Assembly (NCBI GenBank): GCA_002104945.1
Contig: MCFH01000074.1
Span: 160,177-224,176, forward strand
Source of the DNA: Piromyces finnis finn
Taxonomy: Eukaryota; Fungi; Neocallimastigomycota
Reading direction: 5' to 3'
DNA: 64,000 bases
The number at the start of each line of letters is the position of its first letter. The stretch's first letter is position 1. Of this stretch, positions 1 through 14,338 are shown one piece after another. The notes below the pieces were generated by a model, which was given only the letters and a program-made list of their open reading frames with translations, did not search any database and was not told the origin of the DNA. A program made the translations under genes and the position numbers.

Positions 1-22
1 TATACCTAATTTAAATTAAAAG

Positions 23-97
23 ATACATATTGAAGCAGCAAAACTACTTCAATTTACTGAAGAAGAATTTTTAAAAGCTTTAAATTGGAGTAATTAA
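23..97 (+). CDS. Probable last exon of an unidentified host gene (IHIEAAKLLQFTEEEFLKALNWSN*)
   Basis: CTAAT branch-like motif and AG at 21-22, then a 25-codon open frame ending in TAA, followed by an AT-rich/poly-A tract. Upstream exons would lie outside the window. Phase and product are uncertain. Confidence 0.3.
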   Translation: MHIEAAKLLQFTEEEFLKALNWSN

Positions 98-881
98 ATA
101 ATAATAAGGATGAATAATGAATAATCTGTTACAATTAATAATATTTCTTTATATACCTCTTCAAAAAAAAAAAAAAAAAAAAAAAACATTATTAAAATAA
201 TAATACCTTTATCAACAAAATATTTAATATACTAATAACTTCAATAATCTATATTATAGAAGATTTAATATTAACTATGTTAACTATACTATATTATCTA
301 TTCTTTTTTTTTTTTTTTTTCTTAAAAAAAAAAAAAAAAATAAAAACAAGCAAATTGACTTGTAATTTTATGAAATTAACTACAAATATTTTTTGTAATT
401 ATTTTTAAACTATAATAAAATAAAATAAAATAAAATAAAAAATAATTACTTAATATATAAATATATTTAGAATTTAATTGAAATTATACTAATTCAATTA
501 AATGAATATATTTTCCTACTTTTCTTTTTTTTTTTTTTTTTCTTTTCCTAATAATCATATAAAAATGAATAAAATGGTTGAATTACATTTCATTTTAAAT
601 TTTTAATATATATATTATTGGGTGATATTTATAGTGATGAATGTATTTATTTAAATTTAAAATGTCTTTAAATAATAAATAGCATAATTATTATTAGTAT
701 TGTTATTACTATTTTTTTTTTTTAAAAAAAAAAAAAGAGCTAAAGATTTGGGATAATATTCTATAAATTCTATAAATAAAAGGTATATATATTTAATAAT
801 TAAATTTAAAATTAAAAAATCATTGTTTTAAAAAATACATTAATAGGCTTTTTTTTGTTTTGTTTTCCCGAATCATTTTAC

Positions 882-1737
882 TTATTTTTTACTTTTTTTG
901 GTTTTAGTAGCATTAGAATCTGAATTAGCCTTTCTTTTTCCTTTGGTTTTAGTTTTGGATGAAGAAACAATCTTTTCCGCTACTTCTTCTTTTTCCCCTT
1001 CTCCTTCTCCTTTACCATTTTTTATTTTTTCTACTTCTTCAGATACTGAATTTAGAAGATTTTCTACTGATTTTTTAATTTCTTCTTCTTTCACTTTTTG
1101 TTCGGAATTAAGAGCATTTTTTATCATTCTTCCTGCAGCGTCTTTATCAAGTTTAAATTTAGCTAAAAATCAAAAAAGATTGTAAAAAATAATAAATATT
1201 ATATATATATATATAAATATTTTTAGATTTAAAATTAAAAATATTTTTTTTTCAAATATAATTGTTATAATTATTTAATTTTGTAATATACCTTTTGTGT
1301 CATTCTTTTCTAATTTTTGTATTTTAATGAAATATTTTTTTACTCTATCAAGTTCTTTCATTATTGGATGGTCTTTGGTTGGAACACCATTGGTTTTTAA
1401 ATATACTTTTAAAAAATTTATATTAATTATAGTAATATTAATTATAATGATATAAATAGATATTATTGCTTTTTTTTTTTTTTTTTTTTTTACTACTTTT
1501 TTTTTTTATACTATATATATATATATACTAATGTTGAATATTGAATTATATACCATATAAAAGAGTATCAATGACATAGGCCATCATAATATTAAATTTT
1601 GCTCTATTCATGTTATCTAATTTAGAAAGTTGTTCTTGATATGATTTTGAAAATATTTCTTCTAAAATAGTTTGAACATTGTCAATATTGGCATCCAAAT
1701 TATCAACGTAAAGTTTTAAATTATCTAAAATATCCAT
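882..1737 (-). CDS. C1D: C1D / Rrp47 (Lrp1) exosome-associated nucleic-acid-binding protein; exons 1737-1554, 1405-1292, 1162-882
   Basis: GT-AG introns at 1553-1406 and 1291-1163 join into one frame: ...KLDNMNRAKFNIMMAYVIDTLLYVYLKTNGVPTKDHPIMKELDRVKKYFIKI...KLDKDAAGRMIKNAL plus a lysine-rich tail. This matches the Sas10/Utp3/C1D family pattern (L.Y..LK..G.....HP...EL.RV..Y..K; LD..AA.R.IK.AL). Confidence 0.85.
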
Positions 1738-2739
1738 TTTAATTTGATATAATGTTAATCTTTATTTTTTTAAAGAAAAATTAGATTTTAAAATGTAATT
1801 TTAAGATTTTTAAAATTATAATATATATATATATATATAAAAAAAAAAAAATTCAAAAAAATACTTTTAATTTTTATTGGCTAAATTTTATATAAAATTC
1901 AAATTTTTAATAATTGGATTGAAATTTGAAATTTTCAAAGTTTTTTGTTACTTTTAAAAGGTACTGCTTTTTTTCATTTATTTCAATAAAGATCATTGCA
2001 TTATTAAGCAATTAAAGGAAAAGTATTTAATATTGAATTATACCCATATTATTATTATAAAGAATATTATATTGATTTCATGAATAATTATAACACAATT
2101 TTTCATAAATATATTATAAATATTATGATTGAAAGGAAAATATTTATATATATATATTAAAAGACCTTTAAATATTAATATAAAAAGTAATATCAATATA
2201 TGTTATTAGATTTGAAATTTAAAAATATTTCATCTAAAGTAATGATAAAGAGTAATCTATTTATTAGTATATTTAATTCTATTAAATACCAAGAACAATT
2301 ATTGAATAATGATATCTTTAAAGAAAATGTCTTTTATTATTACAATTTAATATATAGTTTTATTTAATTATTTTAAAAAAAAAAGTTTTCTAAAAATATA
2401 TAAAATATTAATTTTTTTTGTTATTTTATTTAAAGGAATTGTTTTCATTTTATTTTTGTTATTAGTAATCATTGAATGGTAAATATTTAATAAACTTTTA
2501 TTTTTTATCTTCAAAAAATATACTTTTGAATAACTAATACAATTTGATTCTATTTATTTCTATTTATTAATTCATCTGAGAAAGTATTTATATTATTTTT
2601 TATAATTGAGTTTTGTAAATACTTTTACCTTTTCTTTATTTATTTATTCATATTTTCTATTTTTTTAATATATTTATTAAGAAATATTATATTATTATAT
2701 ACGATTGTTTTATATTCTAGCCAGATTAATAAAGACTTA

Positions 2740-4460
2740 ATTAGTCATGTATAAGTAACATACTCTGGAATCATATATATTATAATAACAATAATGCTAA
2801 TCTAACCTTTATAAGATCATCGGATCATATACATCAATTATGGGTCATAACACATTCATAATTAATTTATATAATTCCATGACTAATAAAATATCCTCCA
2901 ATAATAACAACATCTATAATATTGACTACAAATTATGGCACAGAAGGTCAGGATATTTTTACAGTAATAATTTCGACAAATATTTAAAGGACAAACAATG
3001 CAATAATTATAAATGTCCTTACTGCGGTATTTCAAAACTAGAACGACTTCCTCATAATAAAGAAACCCCCAAAACTGGCAAGATTCTAGAAACTATTCAC
3101 TCTAACATTATTGGTCCTGTACCTCTTAAAACTTATAATTGCTATATCTGCCAAAATGAACTGAAACATATATCAATTAAATATAAAGATTGCATACTTT
3201 AATGTCAAACTTAACAAAGAAATATATACCGCAATTTCCATAGGATACTGGAAACTCAACAAAGCATTATACGGTCTCAAATAATCTGGCAGACAGTGGA
3301 ATGAAACTATCATGGATTCCTCAAAATTGTGTTCACGCAATTAAAATCAGAGCAATGTATATTCAAACTTGGTATTGATGGAAATATAAAATGTATCATG
3401 GGGTTATATGTAGATGAAATATTCATAGCCGGTGAAGAATCCAATATATCTATTTCAATAAGTAATATCAAAGAAAGACTTAAAGTTTCAAAAATGTGAA
3501 CCTGTGTACTTTATATTAAGAATAAAAAGTGGAAAAATTAATAATCAACAACCATAACATATACAACATATACAGTATATCTCAATTGTGTTTATAAACA
3601 ATATTCTCAACAAATTTAATATCAAAAATACAAGACTCTCAAAATGTAAAAGTATAAAGTTAAAACAGATTTTATACTTAAAGCAAAACAATTTTTATTA
3701 ACACAGAAAATAAAAAAATAAACATTATATTTTTTATTTTTAAAACAGTTTATTTAAAATTCTTATAAAATATTATTAATCATATAATAAAAAATAATTA
3801 AAATATTAAAAAATAACAGTTACATTGATTTAACAAACCAAAAACTACATGCATTTATATTTTTCATAATTATATTCTAATATATTATTCTATTTAAATA
3901 AACATATACTTAATATAAAATAAACAAAACTAATCTAATTAAATAATAAAATAATAAAGCTAAACTAAAACTAATTCATTATACTTTTAATTCAATTTGA
4001 GTAAGCATAAACTGAATAAAGCCATATGTATTATCTATAAATTAATTTAATACTATTAATACTATTCATAATATATTTCCTATTGAAATATAAACACACT
4101 TATTTTTAAAACAAAATTAAAATTATTAAATTATTCTAAATTTAAATAAAAAAGTATTTAAAAACATTTTGAATATTTAAAATATTTGAAATATTTAAAT
4201 TTATTTAAAATTCTTTTATTCCTTAAATTTAAATATTTATCTTAATTTAAATTTAACGGAATTATTATAAAACAATTTACTATTAAATTATTCCATAAAA
4301 TTTATTCTAACAACAAAGGAATATAAAATTAAATATAATGGAATGGGAGAAATATTGGATATATCGATTTAGACTTTGCTGGAGATATAGAAGATAGAAA
4401 ACCAACTTCTGGAAATATGATATTAATGGGAAGAAGCCCTATTTGTTGGAAATTCAAGAA
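2740..4460 (+). pseudogene. Degraded Ty1/copia pol relic (GAG-pre-integrase/integrase start, RT, RNase H fragments)
   Basis: LWHRRSG..CPYCGISKLERLPH..LETIHSNIIGP (2930-3120); WKLNKALYGLK*SGRQWNET and MGLYVDEIFIAG (3245-3435); IGYIDLDFAGDIEDRKPTSG..GRSPICWKFKKQS (4355-4467). Integrase-before-RT order, with stops and large deletions. Confidence 0.85.
3645..4300 (-). repeat. Truncated gypsy LTR (M-like) inserted in the copia relic
   Basis: 3846-4295 is the reverse complement of about 8715-9178 with scattered substitutions. Begins TGTAAAAGTATA at 3645, similar to the reverse complement of the M terminus. The right end is uncertain. Confidence 0.7.
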
Positions 4461-6445
4461 GCAAAGCTATTCTATATTATTATAACTTAATAATTAATTT
4501 CGTAGAATATTTTTCTGTCCTTTATGAAATTTTTATATAAAGAAAATTTTATATTTACCTTATTTTGATTCTCCGGTTCGTAGAACCATTGATATAATTT
4601 GATAATAATCTTAATTTTGAATTTTAATTCAAAAAGCGATTATTACATTATATTTATAGATATAACTGTAAAAGTTATATTTATAAGATATTGTTTTATA
4701 AAAATTAATAAAAATTGTTTTATGATACCACTAAATTGTTTTATTAGAAATACATGTTTTTCTAATATTTAAAGATTTAAAATTTTATTTATTTAATTAT
4801 GAAACTGATTATTAAGATTATAAAAATATTAACTAAACTATATAATATTTCTTTAATAATAATAATAATAATGATTAAAATAAGGATATTTACATGTATT
4901 TATATTTTCTTTTAAATTTAAACTATTTACATTAAAATAATAAAATTAATAACTATTTATAATAAAAGTAATAAAAGTAATTAGAAATAACAATAAAAGA
5001 AATAATTAAAAGTTAAAGAATATAAAAAGTTGTTTATTTTACAAGTAATTAAAGTAATAATTATTTTTAATATTTTAATAAAAGTGTTTAATTATATTAT
5101 TTTATAACATGAATTATTATATTTGTTAACTTTTAAAGTGTAATCAACTAAAGAAATTATTGAATATTTAACAATTAATTTAACAAAAGTTATATATTTT
5201 GATCTCGATTAATTAAAGTTTATTATTTTCTTTCAATAATCAAAGTATATGCAGTGTTAAGGATTAATTTCATTTTAAAATTTTTGTAAAGTAATTATAA
5301 ACTATAATTTATTTTAAGTTATAGTTTAGGGTTAACTTAAAAATCAGGTTTAATAATAATTTTACATTTATTAATTTCATTATTTATAAATTTGATGCAT
5401 TGACCGATAAATTTTTAAATAATATAATATTTTTAATAAATAATAAATTCTATGATTTAGATGAAACAATAAATTTAAAATAAAATACGTTTTATAATTA
5501 GCAAATAAATCTCTTTAAAACTTGAAATAAACTCTTTAATTATGTTTTTAAATTATCTTTTATTATATTTTTATTATTTATTTATTATCTATTTATTGTC
5601 TGTCTTTTTACAGAAGAAATTTGTCTTCCTTTTATACATTTTTTATTTATTACATGTACTATTATTTTAACTATTAAATTTCACTATTATTATTGTTATT
5701 ATTTGTTAAAATTAAAAGAATAAATTAAAATTATACTTTAGTATTATAAAATATTACTTATTTTATCTTTTTTTGCTTCAAAATGTTCAAATTTAAAAAA
5801 ATTATTATAATCTATCATTAACTTATCATTAAATGTATAATACATTAAATAAAATAATTAAAATTTAAAATTAAAAGAATATTAAAATAAAATTAAAATA
5901 AAATTATAACAAAATTAAAATATTAAAAGTATCAATTATTATAAACACTCATTTTATACAGAAACATAGAAGAGTTCTGTATTTTATCTTTGAAATTGTT
6001 ATTATTGTTCTATTTCCATGTTTTAAGTTTGTCACTTTTAGTAATAATTACTTAATTATTTAATCATTAGTTTATAAATATAATTTTAAAAGAATTTCTA
6101 TAGAACACTTGGATAAAACACTAATTTGATGTATACCATTCTATTTAAGTTTATTTATTCATTTTTATTTATTTATTAATTATTATTTTTATTAATACAC
6201 TGTTTAATTAAGGCGTTTTTATTTAATAATTTATTTATATTTATTTCTATTAATTAGGTCGACCTTATTATTATTTAATAAAGAGAATCTTATTTAAAAG
6301 GGTTATATTTTTCATAGAATTATTATTCATTTATTTTAAAGAGTTAGAGTTATTTTTATTTGTTCTCATTAAAAGTCACTATGGGTTAAGTTGTGTTTAT
6401 TCAGCTAGTTTTTATTATATTTTTGTGTGAGTAACATATCACAAA

Positions 6446-6635
6446 TGTTACTGTTCGAGGAAATTAATTTATTTATAAAATATTAATAAATTTATTAATA
6501 TATAATATTAAAATAAAATAAGAAAAATTGTTTTATTAAAATATTTGTTTTATTAGTATTTTAAAATATAATATTATGAATAAGAAAATAAAAAAAAATC
6601 TATATTTTCTAACTCTTATAATATATTTGTAAAGA
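6446..6635. repeat. Truncated K-family LTR fragment
   Basis: TGTTACTGTTCGAGGAAATTAATTTATTTATAAAATATTAATAAA... aligns with the start of LTR K at 13624 (TGTTACGGTTCGAGGAATTTTAATTTTATTTATAAAATATTAATAAA). Confidence 0.65.
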
Positions 6636-7957
6636 TATAAAATGTACAATAATTCTTGTGATAATCATCCTTTGAATATACGCCACAACTATATTTTTTA
6701 TGTAAACTTAATATTTTGTTGTAAATAAATTTATGGATTTTATGTATTTATTATAAATTTACCAATTTATAATAATTAAGGTTTATAATTTATATTTTAT
6801 ATCATATGCCTGCCCTAAAATACAACTATATGGTAGTTGGAAATTTTTTTATTTATATTTTTAAGATGTACTGGTCGTTCTAACTTCAATTTTGTATCTG
6901 GGTCTTTAAAAAGACCATATTAAATTGTTTATTTATCACCTTATATGGTCCTACAAAGTATGGATCCAGTTTATATCTTAAAAAGTCTCTAACTTTCACT
7001 AAATATCCAACTTTAATTTCATTTTGTTTATTAAAACTTGTTTCTTCTTTTCTTTTAATTTCCCAATATTTATTATTTTTGTTTATATTTTCGCATGCTT
7101 CTAATATCCACTTATAGTGGTCTGTAAAATTTTCCAATAGTTGTTCTTCTTTCGTTCTCTGAACACTGGCTATTGGTAATGAGCTAGCGATTTCGAATGA
7201 TTGTCTAGTCATAAATGAGTGAAAGGAGCTTCTATTGGTGTGGTATATTTTTCTGTTGGGTCCGGAACTTCATTTTTCTTATTTAACTGACAGGTTTGAC
7301 ATTCTTTAATTATTCTCTTTATGTCAGTTGTCATTCCCCTCTAGTAATAATCCTTCTTAATTTGTTCATAGGTTTTTTCAAATCCTTCATGCCCTATTAA
7401 ATGGGCTTTCCAAATTATTTTAAAATTTTCTTCTGGTGGAACGCTTCTTATATTATTTAAGAAGCTTTATTACTCCAACAGGTTTACACTAATAAAAGTG
7501 GTTTATTAGAAAATTTGTTGTTAATTTATTTTTTTTTTATTTTTATTAATTTTATTTGTTAATAAAAACACAAAGGAAAATTTTTATTATTTATAATTTT
7601 ACAGCTATTTATATTTTTTCAATATTTAAATAATCCAATTAAAAAAAATATAATTCTAAATCTTTAATTTGATTTAAATAATTTAATTAATAAAACTTAA
7701 AGAAATAAAGCATTAATTATATAAAATAATTAATATATTAGTTTTGTTGGAAACAATATGAATCGAACAATATGATGGTTTGATTCATAGTCTTAGTATT
7801 TTACAACTAGGACAAGTTTCTAAATCTAATAATAAACAGATTCGTTACATCTGGTGGACTAATTATTTTTTTTATAATAGTTTTTGTCTTTGAAATAATT
7901 TTCTCCATTTAATTTAATTTTATTTTCCTCGATGAAAGATTTCATAAGGTCAACCAT

Positions 7958-8569
7958 TGTAATACTGACACAGAAAGAATAGATTACTATTCTATTACAA
8001 TAACACTAAATTTAAAATAAAAAATAAAAATTGTTTTATTAAAAAATATCTTTTATTATAATAGAAATTTTATTAGTAACAATTACATCGATAAAATGAT
8101 GAAAAATATCTTCTATTTATATTTTTCCTAATTACATTTATATTATATTATAACTATTTATTTCTTATATATTATTATTTAAAATCTACACTAAAATCTT
8201 AATTATTAATAAATATTTAAACTATAACTATTTTTAGTAAAATACAATCGGCAATTCAAATTAACTACTATTCAATTTGAATATGTGCCCATGTATTATT
8301 GATATATTAATCATTTATTATTTATATACTATTTATCTATTTCTATGAAAAAAACAATACTAAAACTAGGGATTTAAATTGAGAATATTAATTTACTTGT
8401 TAAACATTAAAAATAAACTAAAAATTTATTTTGTTTTAAACTTTAATTATTAATAAATAAATTATGTCTCATTTTCTTTTTCTGAATATAATTTGTGTAA
8501 CTTAAACAATAATACTTGTGGCTTAAGTTACATTAAAGATATCAAGTTGAGGCGTTTGATATCTTTACA
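7958..8569 (-). repeat. Solo LTR, family A (diverged)
   Basis: TG...CA ends, colinear with 21452-22060, 5-bp TSD ACCAT on both sides. Confidence 0.93.
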
Positions 8570-8622
8570 ACCATAATCTCATTTTCATTTGCTACCATAC
8601 TTGTAACACCCTCCTAATTATT

Positions 8623-9332
8623 TGTAAAGATATAATATATATCTTTAGATTATTTAATAATTAACTATTAATTATTAAATAATAAATTAATATTTATTAA
8701 AATTAACTATGAAATTTTTAATATTCAATGGAATAATTTAATAATAAATTGTTTTATAATAATTCCGTTAAAATTAAATTAAGATAAATATTTAAATTTA
8801 AGGAACAAAAGAATTTTAATTAAATTTAAATATTTCAAATATTTTAAATATTCATAATAACTTTAAATACTTTTTATTTAAATTTAGAATAGTTTAATAA
8901 TTTTAACTGAGTTTTAAAAATAGATGTGTTTATATTTCAATAGGAAATATATTAAGAATAGTATTGATAATATTAAATTAATTTATAGATAATACATGAG
9001 CTTTATTCAATTTTGAGTTTACTCAAATTGAATTAAAAGTATAATGAATTAGTTTTAGTTTAGTTTTATTATTTTATTATTTAATTAGATTAGTTTTGTT
9101 TATTTTATATTAAATATATGTTTATTTAAATAGAATAATATATTAGAATATAATTATGAAAAAATATAAATACATGTAAATTTATCAATTGAATCGATGT
9201 AATTGTTATTTTATTTCTAACCATTAATAAAGAAGATAATTTTTAAAAAAAAAAACTCCTATTTTTATTTTATCGTGTGTTTAATTGTTTTATTGTTAAA
9301 TATATAATCTGTTTTAAGATTAATATTTTACA
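8623..9332 (+). repeat. Solo LTR M (A-related)
   Basis: TGTAAAGATAT...TTTACA, TSD TTATT on both sides, shares ATCGATGTAATTGTTATT (the self-priming site of the A LTR) at about 9193-9210. Confidence 0.8.
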
Positions 9333-12298
9333 TTATTTTTATTTACTGTGCTTATTTTAAAATTCTTCTCCATATAACTATTCAGATTACTATTGAATAT
9401 ATTATCCATATAATTTAATATATTAGTATAATGTTGGTACAATTTTTTCTTGTTATTACAAAAACTCATAGATTTATGTATTTTATACTTAGATTCGGAA
9501 TTTGTATTACATTATAATAAATTGCCTTCTATATGTACCAATTGACTTTTCATATATTTTAATATATCTACTATCCATTGAATTAATTTAATTAAAAATT
9601 TTTTTTAATTTATTTTGATTTAATCTATGTATATTGGAACCTGCTTTTATATTGTCAAATATATTATCAGTATATTTAAATATATTTTCTAATATATGAA
9701 TCAATCCATACATATAATAATTTTTAAATTGAAAATTTTCTCCAATTTCTCTATTATTAGATTCTAAATTTTCTATATATCCTCCAATTTCCCTCAATTT
9801 TTCCAAATTGAGTAAATTTTTGATTTCACTATTAAGGTTTTTGTCCCAGTGAACATTAAAACCTATATTTCTCTTGTTATCCTTCTTAAATTTTATTTTA
9901 TTAATTTTTATAGAGTTTTCTTTAAATTCTTCTTCCTGGTTTCCACTTCCATTTCCTTTTGCTGTTTTAATCCTCGATAGAGCATCCGCTAGTGCATTTT
10001 CTTTTCCTTGCTGATACTTATTTTTAATTCTCAGCATACTAATAAGGATGCATAACCTTGTGTACCTCATACTAATAGGCTCTTTGTTGTCAAACAGATC
10101 TACTAATGGTTTGTGGTCTGTATATAAAAAAGTTTCAAATTTATTTCCTGATATATAGTGTTTAAACTCTTTTGCACAGTAGTATACCGCCGTTCCTTTT
10201 AAGTCGGTAATACTATAATTCCTTTCTGCCTTCGTTAAAGTTCTACTAATGAAGTGTATTGGATGTTCTAAATTGCCTTTTTCATCCACTTGCAATACCA
10301 TCTAAGCAAGCATCTGTTCTAATAAATTGTTTATTATAATCTGAGTATTTCAAAATCTTAAAAGGAAGGGGACCTGGCTTTAATTCAATGTGGTATGGAT
10401 TTAACTTAGATGGAGTTAATTCTTCTGTTGGTGTAATTACCACATCGATATATTCACTGAGAAGGTTGGTAATATCCTTTCTATATGCTGGTTTGGTTCC
10501 AATAAAAATTCGGGATTCATAATATAATCATACGGAGACAAGAATTTTGAATCAACATTAGCATTTAGTGTGACTATATCATTATCAGAGATCTCTTCTT
10601 CCCAATTTAGAAAAAACAATTCTTGGTTGGACCTATATATTTAACAAAGCGTGTAATAATAGTGTAAAAGTTTTACTAAACTTATAATTTAATATTAAAA
10701 TATTAAATTAAATAAAAGATTAAAAGATAACTAGGTTAGAAAAAATGTTTTATTAAAATAATCTTAATTGTTTTATAAATGAATAGTTAAATTATATATT
10801 GTGGTTAAAATAATTTCTTTTTATTTTATTTAAATAAAATATTAATAAAGAATATAATAATAAGATTATTTAATAGCAATACTTATTAAGTATTAATTAT
10901 TGATAATAACCTTTACAAAGATTTTAATTTCATAAACTATTTATACTATTTGTAATTTTACAAAATAACTTTTCAATACATGATTATATTCATAATATAT
11001 TTTATAATACTAAAACTAAACTTAAGACTTATTATTACTAATTATTGAAAATAACTATTGTTTATAATATTTATAATATTAATTATTTCATAATTATAAT
11101 ATAATTCATTGTATATAATATTAATAATTATAATCTTCTAATTCAAAGATTATAAGTTATGTTATTGAAATAATTATTATAAAATAAAGTTAATTAGTTC
11201 CGGAAAATAATTTTAATTTAATTAAAACAATAATTTTCATCCTTTTGAGTGAATGATTTATGTTTGATACATCAGGGGTGATCATTCTCTGAGTAAACAA
11301 TTAATCATTACTAACAAAATATCTTTAAATTGGAATATCTCGTGAACCAGCAGAGATATTGACCTGATTTTAAGATATGTTGTTTATCTTGAGCGTGGCT
11401 TTCTAACGAACATAGTTTCATCCAAAACACAATTATCCAAAATCGCCATTCGTTGAGGAGTTACGATTGTTTTTCCTTATTCAATTTTGACGATAAGGGT
11501 TAAAGTTATTTATTATAAAAATATTAAGGATTAAGGTCATGTCTTAACTTTTTCTAAATTATTTTAAATATTTCTTAATATAATTTTATAATTTATTTGG
11601 AAATAAAATATTGTTGATTTTGAAATTTTATAAGTAATCTCACAATTTCAAGTGATCTTGAAATTGCAGATTTCACTAGTATTCGTGACAAATTTTCTAC
11701 TAATATCAAATTTATAATATATTTATAAAATATTAATAAAATAAAACATGAAAAATGTATACATTTTAATAAGAAATATAGAATTACTTAAGTTTAATTC
11801 TAATTTCTTACAATATATATATTGTCAAAAAGCGATTTTTTATTAAATAAAAGTGTGGTAAGCACACTAGTTATATTAATTAACAAATATAATACGCTTT
11901 CCTATAGAAGGCGTAAAGTTAATAATATTTATATAAAGAAAATTAAATAATATTTTTATTTTAGCAATTACTTAATATCAGCATATATTAAGTTATTAAA
12001 AATATTAAAATTTTTAAAGTTTTAGGTTTTATAGGAGTTTATAAATTTTATTAACTTTAAGTTAAAAAATTACTAACGCTAAAGCTTCGTAATTTTTGTC
12101 AAATTTTGTTCTTTTTATACATGAACAATTTTAATTATTACATTTTTTAATTTTAATTAATTATTATCTAATTATAAAATATTTAATTTTTATAAATTAA
12201 TAATTAATATAATTATTGTAAATAGTTAATAAATTTAAAATAAGATTTTTAATAATAAAATTTTAATAATTTAAAAAAAAATTTAATAATTTCAAATA

Positions 12299-12914
12299 TG
12301 TAAAGATATCAAACGCCTCTGTTTGATATCTTTAATGTAACTTAAGCCACAAGTATTATTGTTTAAGTTACACAAATTATATTCAGAAAAAGAAAATGAG
12401 ACATAATTTATTTATTAATAATTAAAGTTTAAAACAAAATAAATTATTAATTTATTTTTAATGTTTAACAAGTAAATTAAAATTTTCAATTTAAATCCCT
12501 AGTTTTAGTATTGTTTTTTTCTTAGAAATAGATAAATAATATATAAATAATAAATAATTAATATATCAATAATACATAGGCACATATTCAAATTGAATAG
12601 TACTTAATTTGAATTGCCGATTGTATTTTACTAAAAATAGTTATAATTTAAATATTTATTAATAATTAAGATTTTAGTGTAGATTTTAAATAATAATATA
12701 AGAAATAAATAGTTATAATATAATATAAATGTAATTAGGAAAAATATAAATAGAAGATATTTTTCATCATTTTGATCGATGTAATTGTTATTAATAAAAT
12801 TTCTATTATAATAAAAGATATTTTTATAAAAACAATTTTTTTCCTTATTTAAATTTTAGTGTTATTGTAATAGAATAGATATCCTAATCTATTCTTCCAG
12901 TGCCCAACATTACA
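12299..12914 (+). repeat. Solo LTR, family A (inverted relative to 7958 copy)
   Basis: Reverse complement of the A LTR, TG...CA ends, TSD AAATA on both sides. Confidence 0.92.
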
Positions 12915-13004
12915 AAATATTAGAAATTTTATACTTTGAAATTTTTTAATTTTTTCCATGTGTCCAAATTTTTTTAAATTTTTATATATGTTATTGTGAC
13001 ATAT

Positions 13005-13620
13005 TGTAATTATTTTATTACATGTAAATATTTCACATAATAAAATTATTAGCTACATTTTAACACTAATTGTTAAAATGAGATAGTTATAAAGAAATTA
13101 TTTATTAAAATAAAGAAAAATATACTTATCGAGTTTATTATAAGAGCCTACAATAAATAACACTCGAATTAGGTTTTAATATTTTTTATTATAAAGGTGA
13201 TTTATTAGTATTAAAAGTGTATAAGTTTTTTTTATGTTAATTTATTATAATTTCTTATAATAATAACTATTGATTTTCAAATGAAACTCAGGAGGTCTTT
13301 TATATAAAAATTTAAAGAATAAAGAAAGTTCTAATCTTAATAAATTTATTTTCTAGAAAAAGATTAGAAGAAAAAACTAGAAAAGTTTCGATTGATAATC
13401 TATTCTTATCAATCATCGTATTATTAGATAAAACCGAATGGATTCGGGAAAATTCTAATAATCGATTTTATCGTTATATTTAAAATACATTATACATTAT
13501 GTATTATAATAAAATTTAATAAAATTTAATAAAATATTGAAAGTTAAATAAAAAATATAATAAATTAATTTTAATAAGAAATATTGATTATTTATTATAA
13601 AATAAATCTAATTTTTTACA
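13005..13620. repeat. Old solo LTR L, distantly related to F
   Basis: Shares blocks with 60166-61106 (ACTTATCGAGTTTATTATAA; TTCTAATCTTAA; AAAAGA(T/C)TAGAAGAAAAA; TAAAACCGAATG...TCGGGAAAA). Ends TTTACA. Left flank CATAT, right flank CAT. The left boundary is uncertain. Confidence 0.55.
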
Positions 13621-13623
13621 CAT

Positions 13624-14334
13624 TGTTACGGTTCGAGGAATTTTAATTTTATTTATAAAATATTAATAAATTTATTAATATTCAAAAATAATATTAAAAT
13701 GAAATAAGAAAAGTTGGTTTATTAATAAATTTGTTTTATTAAGATATTAATATAAAATTGTAAAATAAAATAAAAAAAAAAGTAATTAAAAATATCTGTA
13801 TATTCTCTAATTCTTGTAGTATACACCTTTTTATACTTTTTGTAAAAAATTAAGTAGTGTTAATTATAAGAATTAGTCTTTAATTATTTACATTAATTTT
13901 AGTATTTAAATTACTTTTAAATGAATAATAAAATTACATTACTATTATAATAAATATTTATACATATTATTAAATTGATTAACATACATTAAAAATTTAC
14001 TTTAAATATATTTAACTAAAGAATTTTACTATTTTACAGAAATATTATTCATAATTTTAATTAATAAAAATTCATTAACTTGATAAATTAAACTAAAAGT
14101 TCAATAAACTATAATTTTCAATATATTATTATTACTATATTAATTTTTAAGTTTAATAAAATAAAATTTAAGTTCAATAAAAATAATTATTAATGATTTT
14201 AAATATAATTTAAGTGTATACATTAATTTACAAATAAGAATATTGTAAAGTTTTCATACATTTAGGAACAATAATGGATTAGGTCATAATCATTAATTAT
14301 GACAAGAATAACATTATTTGTTGGTTCCTTAACA
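13624..14334. repeat. Solo LTR K
   Basis: TGTTACGGTTC...TTCCTTAACA. Terminal sequences resemble LTR H (TGCTACGGTTC...TTCCTTAACA). Confidence 0.75.
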
Positions 14335-14338
14335 AATA

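Larger units (their letters stand above)
6880..10650 (-). pseudogene. Fragmented Ty3/gypsy pol relic related to element G
   Basis: In order on the minus strand: pre-RT (NPYHIELKPGPLPFK, ~10430-10370), RNase H (HPIHFISRTLTKAERNYSITDL..YTDHKPLV..NALADALSR, 10301-9975), linker (LMKSFIEENKIKLNGENY, ~7950-7880), integrase HHCC (AHLIGHEG..CQTC, ~7420-7290), integrase C-terminus (KLDPYFVGPYKV, ~6980-6940). Interrupted by solo LTRs at 7958 and 8623. Confidence 0.8.

Noticed and set aside
11860-12100. Possible C-related LTR fragment (TACTAACGCTAAAG shared with LTR C)
   Set aside because: Only a 14-nt match plus weak AT-rich similarity. No termini or TSD could be defined.
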